DNA of 64,000 nt from the human T2T-CHM13v2.0 reference genome, Homo sapiens, in NCBI RefSeq assembly GCF_009914755.1, contig NC_060937.1; one strand, written 5' to 3'. Below are positions 26,156-39,420 of this stretch, one piece after another. The notes beneath the pieces were generated by a model. The model did not search any database. It was not told where the DNA came from and was given only the letters and a program-made list of their open reading frames with translations. The first letter of the stretch is position 1; every line of letters begins with the position of its first letter. The position numbers and the translations under genes are program-made.

Positions 26156-28039
26156 AAAGCCAAAGAAATATCTGGTTAGAAAAACTTTCTGCAAAAGTAA
26201 AGCTTATGATTAAAAAGGAGGGAATTTATTAGCACTAAGACATTTTTCTTAAGCAACAAAATTATCTATCATTACCTTACTCCTTTTGTATCTTTAGTCA
26301 CTGTAGCTTTGATTATGAATAGAAAACGAATCTCAAATTGAACTATGAGTGAATAGAAATGTTCTTAGGGAGAAGTAGAAAAAGTTTTAAAATTCAACCA
26401 GGGTTGTATAAATAAATAATTCAGTAAATACAGAAAAAAAGAATGTTGAGACACTTTCTTAACATAAATTTACGTTATCTCATTAAAAAGTTTTGGTCAG
26501 TGGAGAGAGAACTGAGAGCTGAACGAAATATTAGTTGTGGAGGTTTAATCATATCTCAGAAATAAAGAATTTTGTTTGTGTAATTATTAGGGACCTGTGA
26601 AGCATTTTTGAAATTCCTGGGGTGTTCGTAGTCTTGTTATTTTCTTGTTTTGTGTCAGTGGAAAGATCTTTGAAATTTTCTGTGAAGAACATTGACTCAA
26701 TTGCTGTCAGTTTTCTGTATTTTTGCCTCTCATTTTCACATACACACACCGAAGCACACAATCTGTTAACAAAGTGCCCCTCCCAAGTCCCTATTTTGTG
26801 TGTTTTCAGAACACGCTTTCTGCACAAAGAGTATAATTTCTTAGACTACTTCTTAGAAGAGAAGAAAAATGATGCCCAGTGTGGGGAAAAATGGTTAAAT
26901 GTGGTTTAGTTTTTGAAGAAAAACCTGTAACTAGACAGGTACATAGCTGCTGCTGGAATTAAGTTACTGGACCAATAGGGATGATTATTAATTCTTATTT
27001 TCTTAAGCAATTCTTAAAAATTGAGTTCTTGATGTGTTGTAAGGTGGTTAGAATTGTGTACAATTCTTGTACAAATTCACTCTATCTGAACTTGGATACC
27101 ATCCGCTGAAATTCTTGAAGATTTCATCTTCCAAGAATGTGGCCATGTTGATTTTATTTTCCAAGAGTCATATACTCTGCTTAATAAGTTATCTTGGTCA
27201 AACATTGTTTCTCTTTTGTGCCTCTTTAAACTCTTTGGTCACTTTTCACCATCAATTCATAGAATCTAAGAGTTGGGGGGAATATAGGTCACATAATCCA
27301 GATTCCCAGAAAATGCAACCTTGGCTCTATCACAACTCTGACAACTTCTGCTTTACACAGTAACAAAAATACTCAGTCCATTCAATGGAAACTTAGTATT
27401 AATAATTAAAAAATATGACTAAGCTTGAACTTTAACCTGCCCTTCCTCCACTGCCACCTGTTTATTCTCATTGTGCTTTGTGGTCTGAGTCTGTTAGTCA
27501 AATTCTTAGCTTTATATAATCATCGAATTCTATTACTCATACCCATATATTCACATATTGTTGGTTCTACTGACTTTCAGTTTTCATAAAATAATGTAAG
27601 CCAAGGTGTTCTGTAAACTGTAAAGTGATCCTTGAATGTAAGTTATTGTTTAACTTATCAATATAGAATAAGCTATCGCCCTTGTTTAAACCTAGGTTTA
27701 TCCTTTTTATGAGCTTTGGGTTTCCATGCTCTTTATCCTCTTAGTTTCTTGAAACAGATGAGTAGATGAGTAGTTATTACTTCTGCTGTTTGTACTCTAG
27801 ATCAAAGGACTCCAATTCTTGTCAGTAGTATGTAAAGAAATTAAATTAGTCAATAGAGTTTTGGTTTACTGATAGATTTAGTCTCTGAATCTAAGTCGTA
27901 TTTATCCAAATATAAGCATAATATTAACATATTGTCCATTTTTTTGCCCCCATTTTTTTCCAATTATTTATTTGAATTCTAAAAATAGAAAAAGGAGGAT
28001 TGGGGAAAAATACTATAGTTTAATTCTGAAAAAACTTTG

Positions 28040-28362
28040 AGTCAGGGGCGGTGGCTCACGTCTGTGATCTCAGCACTTTGGGAGGCTGAGGCAGGGTGGA
28101 TCACCTGAGGTCAGGAGTTCGAGACCAGCCTGGCCAACATGATGAAACCCCGTCGCTACTGAAAGTACAAAAATTATCTGGGCATGGTGGCAGGTACTTG
28201 TAATCCCAACTACTCGGGAGGCTGAGGCATGGGAATCACTTGAACCCGGGAGGCAGAAGTTGCAGTGAGCCGAGATCGTGCCACTGAACTCCAACTTGGG
28301 GTATACGAGCAAGACTCTGTCTCCAAAACAACAAAACAAAACAAAACAAAAAACCCAAAAAG
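28040..28362 (+). mobile_element. Full-length AluS (Sx/Sq-like) inserted in a MIR
   Basis: Complete dimer with 'ggatcacctgaggtcaggagttcgagaccagcctggccaac', (AAAAC)n tail, TSD-like aaactttg on both sides. Confidence 0.95.
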
Positions 28363-28460
28363 AAACTTTGTTAGGTAGGTATTTTTATTTCCATTTCACA
28401 GATGAGGAAACTAATTTTCAGAGAAGCTTCTAAATTTGCCCAAGTTCACATGTCTAAAAA
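28363..28460 (-). mobile_element. MIR core
   Basis: 'ccatttcacagatgaggaaact..tttgcccaagttcaca'. Confidence 0.75.
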
Positions 28461-28887
28461 GTGGACTATAAAAATATCTTGACAAATAAGAAAAGGAATA
28501 GTAATATACTTAGAAAGCCTATGAAACAACCAAAACATAAAAGGAAATGTAACCAAGTCTCATATTTTAATCTATCCTTGGTAAAAAAGCCAGGCTATAA
28601 TTATAAAGCTATGAGCGATTCTTCATTTAAATACCAATTTGATAATTATATCCAGAAGATTCCTGGAAGGAAAATAAGTGAGAAGAGTTAGAAGAATGCC
28701 GTCTTCAATGCTGAACTCCATAAAGGCCTCAGGTCACAGAGAAGATAATGATGGTAATACTAAATCGTAAAACTGTACAGTACTAACAAATACAAATGAA
28801 TAATATTTGTGTTTTTATAATTTACTAATTTATTTTTAATATATTATTTCATTTACTTATCAAATTAATCATTCTACAGAAACATGA

Positions 28888-29168
<281 letters not shown>

Positions 29169-29384
29169 GCATTTGTGAGTCTTGATATAGAAATGTGTGT
29201 TCACAGTCATTCCCAAGGCCTATAGGGAAGACACATTCTAGTGACTGTTAGTAAGGGTCCATATCAGGAAGAGCTAGAAAATAATTCAAGATGATTTTCA
29301 AACAAATTTCAGAGAGTCTGATTATCTTTATTCTTTATGATAAAAATATGTGTATCTTATAGCAATAGGAAGAACCTGCTCATC

Positions 29385-29512
29385 TTAGTAGAGTGCGTGA
29401 ATTTGAAGTCAGGAGGTTTGGTTTCTGATCTTAACTCATTCTTTAAGTGACAGAGAGTTCAATTCTTTGGTCATTATTTTTTCATCTGTAAAATAAGGGA
29501 TTTGGGTAAGAT
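29385..29512 (+). mobile_element. MIR
   Basis: 'ttgaagtcaggaggtttggtttct..ttcatctgtaaaataaggga'. Confidence 0.6.
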
Positions 29513-31629
29513 CAGTGGTTCTTAGCTGGGAGTGCACTGTCCTCCTCAAGGCGTGTTAGGAACTTTGGCTGTTTTTTTCTGTGAAGACGCTCAAGAAGTT
29601 TGTCTGTGGCTTGGGGAACATTGACTTTTGGTGTTAAGTGCCATGTAGAGCTTTCTGGTTGACTTAATGCTAATCATGTCCACTTATTCAGGGGCTACTT
29701 GTCTTCATTAATTTACTTACTGAAGGAGGAAACTACAGAACAGATTTTAATCAGGAAAATGCTATTTTTTTCTATCTAACTTTAAGAAAAGCTGGCAGAT
29801 TTCTTTACGGTAATGCCTGAAACCTAAAATGCCTGAAAAGGGAAGGAAAGACATCGTTTGCCTACACCATAGGGCATTCCAGTGACTCAGAAGAAAGGAT
29901 CTAAAGCAAACAGGGCCAAATTCCTAAAATTAGTGCTGTCTGGATAATCTCAAGAGACCAAGATACCAGGTCCTCCTATCAGGTTAGACCTAAGTGATCA
30001 GCTCTCTGTTCTTATTTTGTTTTGTGAATTTCCGCTTAATATCTCTAAACCAAACTATTCAGCCTTCATATAACCTCCCTTTGGAGAAATTCAAAAGTAT
30101 CTTCAAGCACCATTAACTTTCACTTGGGTTTGCCAAGAAAAATTGTTTACCAAGAATTACACACTTGACTTACACTCTTAATGGATGGTTTAAGCTTCAC
30201 CTGAAGATGCTGTAAGATTTTCAGGAAGTGAGACAAGGTGCACTTCATAAAATGAGACATTTTTCTCCACTTTAGATTATTGCTGGAGTTCACAAATCCT
30301 AATGGTATTTGAGTTTGGAATGTTTCCTGTGCTTTCATTCTTTCTGAAGTACATCAAACAGAAATAATAAAGGCACTCCAGCACTGCCCTGGCTTGCTGG
30401 AATATTTCTTGAGAAATTTTGATTGCTAAAGATTGCTTCCCCAACTTTGGAGAAGAAAAAGTAATTTAGGATAAGTCAAGCATCTCCCCGTGGTAGAAAT
30501 TTGTGTGAACCAAAACATCAACTTCCAGGAGACTTACCCTTTGCTAGTTACATCATTTTAGGCCTCAGATGCCTACTAGATCAATATAACTCAGTGGAGA
30601 TGCAGCCATTTTGCCTGTGAGAGTTGAAAAAATAAAATTTCATAGACTTAAAATGATGGCTCAAGGATAGAGAGTAAAATATCTAAAAGGAAAAGCGAAA
30701 TTCTAAAAACCCTGTACCCTATTAGGTTTCGTATAAAGCAGATTTAAAGAGCAATAGATAATCACTGTGTAATTGGTTTTACTTTTAGATAACTTGAAAT
30801 ACAAGTAGGGAAAACAGATTTCTCTTTATTTTTAGAAGTGAGTGTTTCTTGCAATAGCTTGAAGAGGTTTCTTACAGGTTCTCTGAAATTATACCTGAAA
30901 AATAGGAAGAAAACAATGAGTTAGCAGAAATGCTTTCTCTTAGTTGTATCTGTACTCAATCATATGCAGTATAGAATACCCTGGTACCCAGGGAAGTACC
31001 ATCTATTTGTCACCACAGTGGAAGGTAAACAGGGCAGGCAGTCCTTGGGCAAAAATTGTAGAGCACAGAAAGTAAGATTTTTTAAAAAGGCATCTTAAAC
31101 TTCTCTTCATGTATTCGGAGGATTTTGCTTAAAACTAACATTCTCTGCATTGTGGAAGCTCACTCATCTTCTGTAAGAATACCCAGAGGTGTCCTTACAC
31201 ATGTGCTCCTAATCGGTTATTTTCAATTTAATGTGAAGGAGTGAGAGTTAATATATTTCTTTTTCTGTAGGGCATTTGTATTTGCAACTTTCTCAAAACC
31301 TTGGTTCTACCTTTGGGATGTGAACATCATTAAGGCGGGAGATATTTCTTAGGTTTTGTTCTCCCTCTGCCTCAGAGCTCTGCATGTAGCTGGTGCTCAA
31401 AAGCACTTGCTGAGTGGACTTGAATTTACGATTATTCAGAGATCGAATCCCTGTCTCTCAGTAATCTGGTTTAGCCACCTTCAGAATTGGAGTGAAGAAC
31501 AGAAAAGTTGAGGTGGACAATTTTAAATGACTTTGCAACTAGATAAAGTGAAATCAATTCTACAAATTGTAAGTTAAATTTCGATTTGTTGTGCCACAAG
31601 TGGGTGCTGACTGCTGGTGAATGTCCCTC

Positions 31630-31930
31630 CATGCCGGTAATCCCAGCACTTTGGGAGGCTGAGGCGGGCAGATCACTTGCGGTCAGGAATTCGAGACCAG
31701 CCTGGCCAACACGGTGAAACCCTGTCTGTATTAAAAATACAAAAACTTAGCCAGGCGCAGTGGTGTGTGTCTGTAGTCCCAGCTACTCAGGAGGCTGAGG
31801 CACTAGAATCACTTGAACCCAGGAGGTGGAGGCTGTAGTGAGCCAAGATTGGGCCAGTGCACCCCAGCCTGGGCGAAAGTGAGACCCTGTCTCAAAAATA
31901 AATAAATAAATAAACAAAAATTAAAAAAAA
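31630..31930 (+). mobile_element. Alu (AluSz/Jb-like), slightly 5'-truncated
   Basis: 'taatcccagcactttgggaggctgaggcgggcagatcacttg..gagaccctgtctcaaaa'; TSD gaatgtccctcca / gaatattcctcca. Confidence 0.95.
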
Positions 31931-32964
31931 GAATATTCCTCCAGTCTCAGTGCCTCTTGATCCTGTGCCAGAGAGCCTATGCTATGGGTGGATAGAGAGC
32001 ACAATACTGAGATACCCCACATCTAATCTGTTTTGTGGGTCACCGACATTCCACCCCACTCTGGAAACCTGGAGATGTCCTAGGTGAGAAACTCACCTCT
32101 GCTGCTTATTCTTGGTGTCTCCCTCATACCTCTCAGCATGTTCTCCCTTTTCATCCACAGTTTCTTACTTCTCTGCTCTTGTGAGGCTCAGGGCTTCCCT
32201 CCTAATGTCTCCCTTTCCTTTCTTCTGCTCCAAGTTCCCAGGGCTAGGAAACAAGAGCGTGATCTCATTGCCCAGTATATATCATATGTTCTGTATCTCT
32301 CTATCTCACCATAGACTGCAAAACTTTTGGCACTAACTATCACATGTGGAAATTATATTATGGTGATTTCAATTCCTTGAACACTGACTTTCAGAGAAAT
32401 ATTATGAATTTCATCCTCATATCAAAAACTTGCAAGATCAGGATCTTTATTAATTATTGAGGAAATCTGGCAGAGAAGGGTTGCTGGTTAAACCCCCAAT
32501 CCCTTAGATGTTACATGACTCTTCAGTTATTTTTAGCCAACAGACTTTACTCCTCCCCTAGACTAAACAGAAGAGGCATTGTTGAGAACATTAAAAAAAA
32601 GATATGAGAAAATTGCTTTCGTTTCTAACAAAGTTTTATTCCACAGATCAAAGGAATGGAAGTAATTGATTTTTAATCTGACTTACTTAAATTGTGCTAG
32701 ATAAGTTCAGAATGTTTATGAAAGGCAGAAATGTTTTCTCTTCAGAAACTTGCCATTAATTACAAGGAAAATTGATTGAGTGGTCTGTCAGTTCACATCT
32801 TGTTTCCTCCTCCTCCCTTCATGCTCTGTGCCAGCTCATCTGGTCGGTGAGGCAGGGTTTCTGTGTCTGCATCACATTGCCCTGGGATCACCTTCCTAGT
32901 TCTCTCCTGCTCACTCATCCTCCCCCAGTTACGTGATCCCACAGAGGCCCTATTGAATTAGTGG

Positions 32965-33280
32965 AAACCAAAGGCTTCACACTGGAGGCCACGGGGTTCA
33001 TCTGAATTTTAAATGTGTTTTATTTAGCCCACATATCACATTGTTTAAAAATTCTGATCCAGTACTTAAATACTAAGAGAGTTTCCATAGAAGTCCTGAT
33101 TTCTAGATTCTTTTTTAAAAACTGTGCACACTGGTAACAGAGCTGGAAATGAGTATCTGCTGACCTCTTTATTCCAGACACATTCTTTCCAATTGGCCAT
33201 AGTCTCTACCATATTTTGTTTCTGACTCTGAGACTAAGCATCTATTTGCAGTATGGAAAGTGAATAAGTTGACACTGGAA
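32965..33280 (+). mobile_element. MER102-like hAT relic
   Basis: 'tgtgttttatttagcccaca', 'tttccatagaagtcctgatttctagattctt..ctggtaaca', 'ccaattggccatagtctctacca'. Confidence 0.55.
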
Positions 33281-33462
33281 TATTAGAATTCTTCTACTAG
33301 GTCCGCTCCACTCTGCCCGTTACCCTATCGAGATCAAAGTCTGCAAACTCTGCCATAACAATCTCTACCTCTGTGAAAAAATAGTTGATTGGTGCTGTCA
33401 TATATTTGCCTAAGAAGAACCTCTGAAATGTTGTTTTATTCTCAGGTAACACAGTAATTTGG

Positions 33463-34216
<754 letters not shown>

Positions 34217-34599
34217 ACTCCATATGTTAATGATGCAAGATCACATCTCTAAAGAGCAAGGTTTGCCTCAGAGATGCATATTCCATCTGTTTCCCACAAC
34301 CTCTAAATTTCAGAAACCTCTGTAGCGGTCCAGGAAGGGATTTAAGGATCCTCCTCACATTTATGGTTAAGAACCTGGCTCAAAGTGACACAGTTGCCAA
34401 GAGGCCAAACCAGTATTTAAACTCGGGCATTGATGCTCTAAATCACTATGCTTGGAGTTCCACAGATATTTGTTAAATGGATAAATAAATCTGTAAAATG
34501 AGGCTTCATGCTATTTCGTATGGCTATAAAGATTAAGTTAGAACACCAGAAATTTGAGAATCACCTGATTTTTTTCTTCTTATCACTTATCAGTAATCA

Positions 34600-35255
34600 A
34601 TTTCACTTTCATGATATACCTCAGACCTCACCATTCCCCCCATCAGCACAGTGGCCACCTGAGTCCAAGCTGTTACCACCTCTCCTACTGGACTAGACCA
34701 ATAGCATCTTAACTTGGCTCCACTTTTGTGCCCTCTACAGTCTGTTTTCCACATTGCAGCCATAGTGCCCTTTACTGACATCTTATAAATAAGATCTTCT
34801 CCTTCCTCTGCTAAAAAACCTTCAGTCCTTTCTTAGTGCCCTCAGGACAAATAACTGTGAGCAGCATGGACTTGGCCTGCCATTGCTGGTGTCCATGCTT
34901 GCACAACTCTGTGCTCCCTGAACCCATAGCCCCAGCCACGCTGGCCCTTCACTTCCTCCATAGCCGCCCTTTCTGTTTCGGGGACTTCCCAAATATTGCC
35001 TGGAATATTCTTACTGTTCCCCTTTCTTTGGCTTACTTAAATTGATCTTTTTCAAATTTCCTTAGAGAGATTTTTCACCATCCTTAGTTTTTTGGTTTTC
35101 CTTCATGTGACATTTCACTCTTTATAGCTGTATAATTATTTATGTCACTATTTTGTTGTCAACCTTCTGAACAGGGACGTATCTCTGTTGCTAATTATTG
35201 GTGCCCAGCATTAAGCATGTACTATGTCCATCATAAACACTTGTTCAATTGAATT
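34600..35255 (+). mobile_element. L2 3' region
   Basis: 'ctctcctactggactag', 'ccctctacagtctgttttccaca', 'ctcctctgctaaaaaaccttcag'-like, 'gcctggaatattctt'. Confidence 0.65.
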
Positions 35256-36598
35256 GGTCTAAGATATGTGCAAGGAAACGAAGAGCAGGAAGCATAGATG
35301 TGGATAAGGGACCGCTGCACAGACTCAGATGGTTTTTCTTCAGGTAGAGATGTAGTCTTGCTAATTCTGATTTTGGTTCAAGGTTCACGAGTGCCCCAGA
35401 ATGTTATGAGCTGTGATTAGAAAAGACTGTGGCATAGCAGAATTGGGTAATTTCTTGGGCTGTCCACGTGTCCTTGCAAGTGGAGGGAAGTGGGTACGTT
35501 TGAGGGAATACAGCTGAGTTCCTGTGGGATGAGATGGGAGAGGCTAAGAGTGCTAAATCAAGGCTGACTCTTGTTTCTGTGTTTTCTCACTTATTCTTCA
35601 TAATTCCTTGACATAGGCAATATTATCCTCATTTTACATTTTGGGCTATATGTGCAGCATTTCCGGCAGCTTTTTTCTCCACTAGAGAATCTACAGCTAG
35701 AGAAGAGCTTACTGATCTGGACTGTCTTTTGTGTGCTCACCTCACTTCTGAGAAGTGTGTGTTCCTCCGGCTAATTACTGAGAGAACTCAACCTGCAGGG
35801 TGTAGGAGGCGGCAAAGGAGAAGAGTAGGGCTGTCTCTTCCAGTCACTTTGTAACCCATGTGAAACATTAAAGTATATTTAAAAAAATCTAAAAACTGTT
35901 ATCTGAGATATAGTAAAAGTTTAAAAGGTAGTTACAAGTACCAGGTTGTACACTTGCCAGAGTAATGGTACCCTAGTCGTAGAGAAAGCGCTTGCTAAAA
36001 TATGTGTCATAAAATTGCTTTTCAGTTTCCTGGTACATAGAGCTGAGAGGCATTAGGTGTCTTTGAACCTTGACATTTCCTCTCTGTTCTTGTGGCACAT
36101 TATAATTTATCCTGTCAGCATGCCCCAGATTATTGCTGACTGATCTTGGTTGCATGCATACAATAGATGGAGTGGAAATTTGAGGCTAAAGTCTCTTCAG
36201 AATTATGGACTCCATGACTCCTATAAGGCTCCTGGTAAGTTTCTTGATTTGTTTGAAAGTCTTTCAAAGTGAATGGGTAGACTTTGTTAAGAAAACAACA
36301 TACAATGTCAAGAACAGTAGAAGACACTATTGTTTACTGTTAAAAAGAAACTAGCTTCAGCAGCAGTTAAATGAACACGTTCAGAAACAGTTATGTGACC
36401 ATGAAAGATAAATACGACTACTAAGATTTAAGTTCTGTTAAACCTAAGAAAGTTAAGTTCATAACAAAATGAGTAAAACTTCTTTCAATGGTATTTATGA
36501 GTGAAACAGAAGTTTCTAGTCTATTTTTCTATGCATGTGAAATTTTCGAAATGATCATTTTTCATATGCTATAGCTCCTTAAATTGGTTTGGATATAT

Positions 36599-36638
36599 GT
36601 GTGTACACACGCGCGAGCGCACACACACACACACACAC
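36599..36638. repeat. Alternating purine-pyrimidine tract (GT/CG/CA)
   Basis: 'gtgtgtacacacgcgcgagcgcacacacacacacacacac'. Confidence 0.85.
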
Positions 36639-36964
36639 AATATTAGTCCTCCATTTCTGTGGGTTCCACATCCATGATTCTGCCAGCTGTCGATGAAAAA
36701 TATTAGGGAAAAAACAATACAAATAATACAAAAATAAAAAATAATATAAATTTTAAAATGCAGTATAACAACTATTTACATAGCATTTGCATTGTATTAA
36801 GTATCAAAAGTAATCTAGAGGTGACTTAAAGTATACAAGTGGCTGCGTCTAAATTATATGCAAATACCATGCCATTTTATACCAAGGACTTGAGCACTGA
36901 GGATTTTGGTATCTCGTGGGTCCTAGAACCAATCCCCTCCCTAATAGATACTGAGGGATAACTG
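36638..36964 (+). mobile_element. MER2/MER2B (TcMar-Tigger) non-autonomous DNA transposon
   Basis: 'gtgggttccacatcc', 'cagtataacaactatttacatagcattt..taatctagag..ggattttggtatc..gatactgagggataactg' followed by TA. Confidence 0.9.
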
Positions 36965-37151
36965 TATGTATATGTATACGTACATACTTAGTAACTGACT
37001 TCTGTCCAGGCATCTTACACATATGATGACACAATCTGAATGTAAATCTTCAATAGACTTTGTTAGGCTTGCTTTCTTTGTTCATTGAGCAGAATGCAAT
37101 AAGCCAATATGTATAAATAGCACCAGCATAGTCTTCATTTAGTCATCTAGG

Positions 37152-37944
37152 TGAAATGGGAAAAGTTCCCTATGCCCCTCTCAGGGTGTGCAACGGGGTG
37201 TGGCTCGCTTCTTCAGTGCCATGCTGCTCATACTCCTGGAGGGAGCATGCAGATGGAGGGTTGCGGGGCTCCGACTCCACAGCACTATCTAGTGGCGAAT
37301 GTTTTACAGCCGAAGCCCCAGTGGGCCTGTGTTACAGTGTGCTCTTTGAGTTCTGCCGTCTGCGCGCGGCTTGTGTTAGTCAGCTCAATTAGACCTTTTG
37401 CCTTATAGCAAGGACAGAGGGCTTTCTGTATCCCGGGTTCTTGACTCTGTGTGGCTTGGAGAATGAATGCAAAGTTTTATTGACAGTGGAAACTCTCAGC
37501 AGATGATGGGGACCCAGAAGGGGCATGGAGCGGGAAGGTGGTTTTCCCCTGGAGTTGGCCGCTCAGTAGCTGGACACTCCTCTGACCGCCTCGGCCAGGC
37601 TCCAGTCCTTGTTGTTCACAGGTCAATGGCTTGCCGGCGTCTGCTGGTGCCTGTCGATGTGTTCTTCCTGTCTTCTCCACCTCCAGCCGCCTGTGTGCTC
37701 TTTTGCCAGTGTGTTTCTCTCGGCGACCCGCTGCTTGTGTTTCTGCCTGCTAGGGTCTTGGAATTTTTATAGGCACAGGGTGGGGGCGTGGCGGGACAGG
37801 GTGGTCTTGGAAAATGCAACCTTTGGGCAGGAAAACAGAAATACCTGTCCTCACCTAGGTCCCTGAGCACAGGCCTGGGGGGTGGATCCCTAGCCAGGGA
37901 CCTGCCTTTCTCTACCCAGCACTTCCCTGCCCTCTCTCATATCA
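37152..37944 (-). mobile_element. ERV1 solo LTR, LTR1/LTR27/LTR28 group
   Basis: TG...CA ends, exact 4-bp TSD tagg (37148-37151 / 37945-37948); minus strand begins 'tgatatgagagagggcagggaagtgctgggtagaga'; TATA (37764-37771) and AATAAA (37476-37481) on minus strand. Confidence 0.85.
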
Positions 37945-39269
37945 TAGGGACATCTTTATATATTGTCTATGAATATTCAGCATGCAAATTTCTTCATGAT
38001 ACTTAAAAAATACTATGAAAGATAATAAAAACTAGGTGAGGGAGAAATGAAAGACATTTCATTTTTCAAAGAGATTCCTTTGCACAGTAACAGAATTGAC
38101 CCCATCTTGATGTATTTTTTTCCTCACTGAATGCTTCTGTTAGTAAAGGGATTTCCAGGTTTTAAGTGATGTTCTTGGAAATCCGCAATCTTCTTGGGAA
38201 ATTATAAAAACGATAATAGGCTGAAATTAAAAGTTCAAAATAGTTATGTGAGAAGGAAAATACAGGAAAACAGACGAATATGACAATCACATGTGGTTCT
38301 GAATAGTGTTATTCTCTGTCTACTTATCAAAAGGGCTTTTGTTATATTGAATAACACTTTACTCATATTCCTCCTGAATAAGTTCAGGGAAGAAGTGAAC
38401 TTTTATGCAGTACCCTTTATGGTGCACTATTTTGTTTTAGAGTTGTTATGAAAACAACTCTAAAACCCAGTTGTATCTTTTGAATTTTAACCTTATTCCC
38501 ACTGAACCTGTAGCTTGTCTAGGCTTTGGCTAGCTGAGAATTAGAACTGGGTGTGGCGATATGTGAGTCCAGTTGTGCTGAACATGCTGTGGAAGATAGA
38601 AAAGAAATGAGGTGTGCTTCTTGTTCTCAAGAATCTCAAGATTTGATCATGAGATAATTTGTCTCATCTTTGTGCATACATGCCCTTGAGGGTTCCTTGA
38701 AACAGGAATTAATTATTTAGTTAGTGTCCACTGGGGAAGAAAGAACTATGTTTCCATATTCCAAAAATCTCACAAATCATGAACTTATAGAATGTCAGAG
38801 CAGGAAGGGACATTATGAATCATTCTAATCTATCCCTTGAAATGCCAATTAGGACAATAATTTCTTTGAAACATTATGAAGGAAAATTTTACAATTTTTT
38901 TGAAAAGGAAATTAGCAAGTTATCTAGGGTATTAATTTATTTTATGTGAGCCATTTTGAAGCAACAAATCTGAATGGCAAGTACAGGTAGAGATTTTAAT
39001 CAGAGGAACTTGAGTCTTTGCCCTTGTTTTGTTGAGTGTACAGGAGAGGAAACTAGAGACTTAATCTTAGAGTAATATGAGTGTGAATTATATCTGTACA
39101 TTTTCTGGAAAATTGTAGTCCATGAAATTTGACTAAAGGACTGGCATAATTGGTACATTAAATTAAGAAATTATAAGAGAGATTGCATTTTATGTTATAT
39201 ACAAATTTAGAATCATTGCGTTTTCCTGGCGCGAGAACTTTTAGCAAATCTGGGGTTGTGCTGTGCATA

Positions 39270-39420
39270 CGATCTTATAATGTGGTGTTATTATCATTGT
39301 GCTGATAAGGAAAAGACTCAGAGAGTTTAAATAATTGTCAAGCTTACAGAACTTCTAACTGGCAGAGCCACCATTTGAAAATAAATCTGCCTGATCTCCA
39401 AAGCCAGGGCTCAGCCCACT
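39270..39420 (-). mobile_element. MIR
   Basis: 'gataaggaaaagactcagagagtttaaataattgtcaag..ggcagagcc..tgcctgatctccaaagcc'. Confidence 0.7.

Noticed and set aside
37151-38006. Dense overlapping ORFs in GC-rich segment
   Set aside because: Inside a solo LTR; GC richness lowers stop-codon frequency
38434-38466. Resemblance of 'gttttagag....aaaac' to a type II CRISPR repeat
   Set aside because: Single copy, no spacers or cas genes, primate context; it is simply a hairpin
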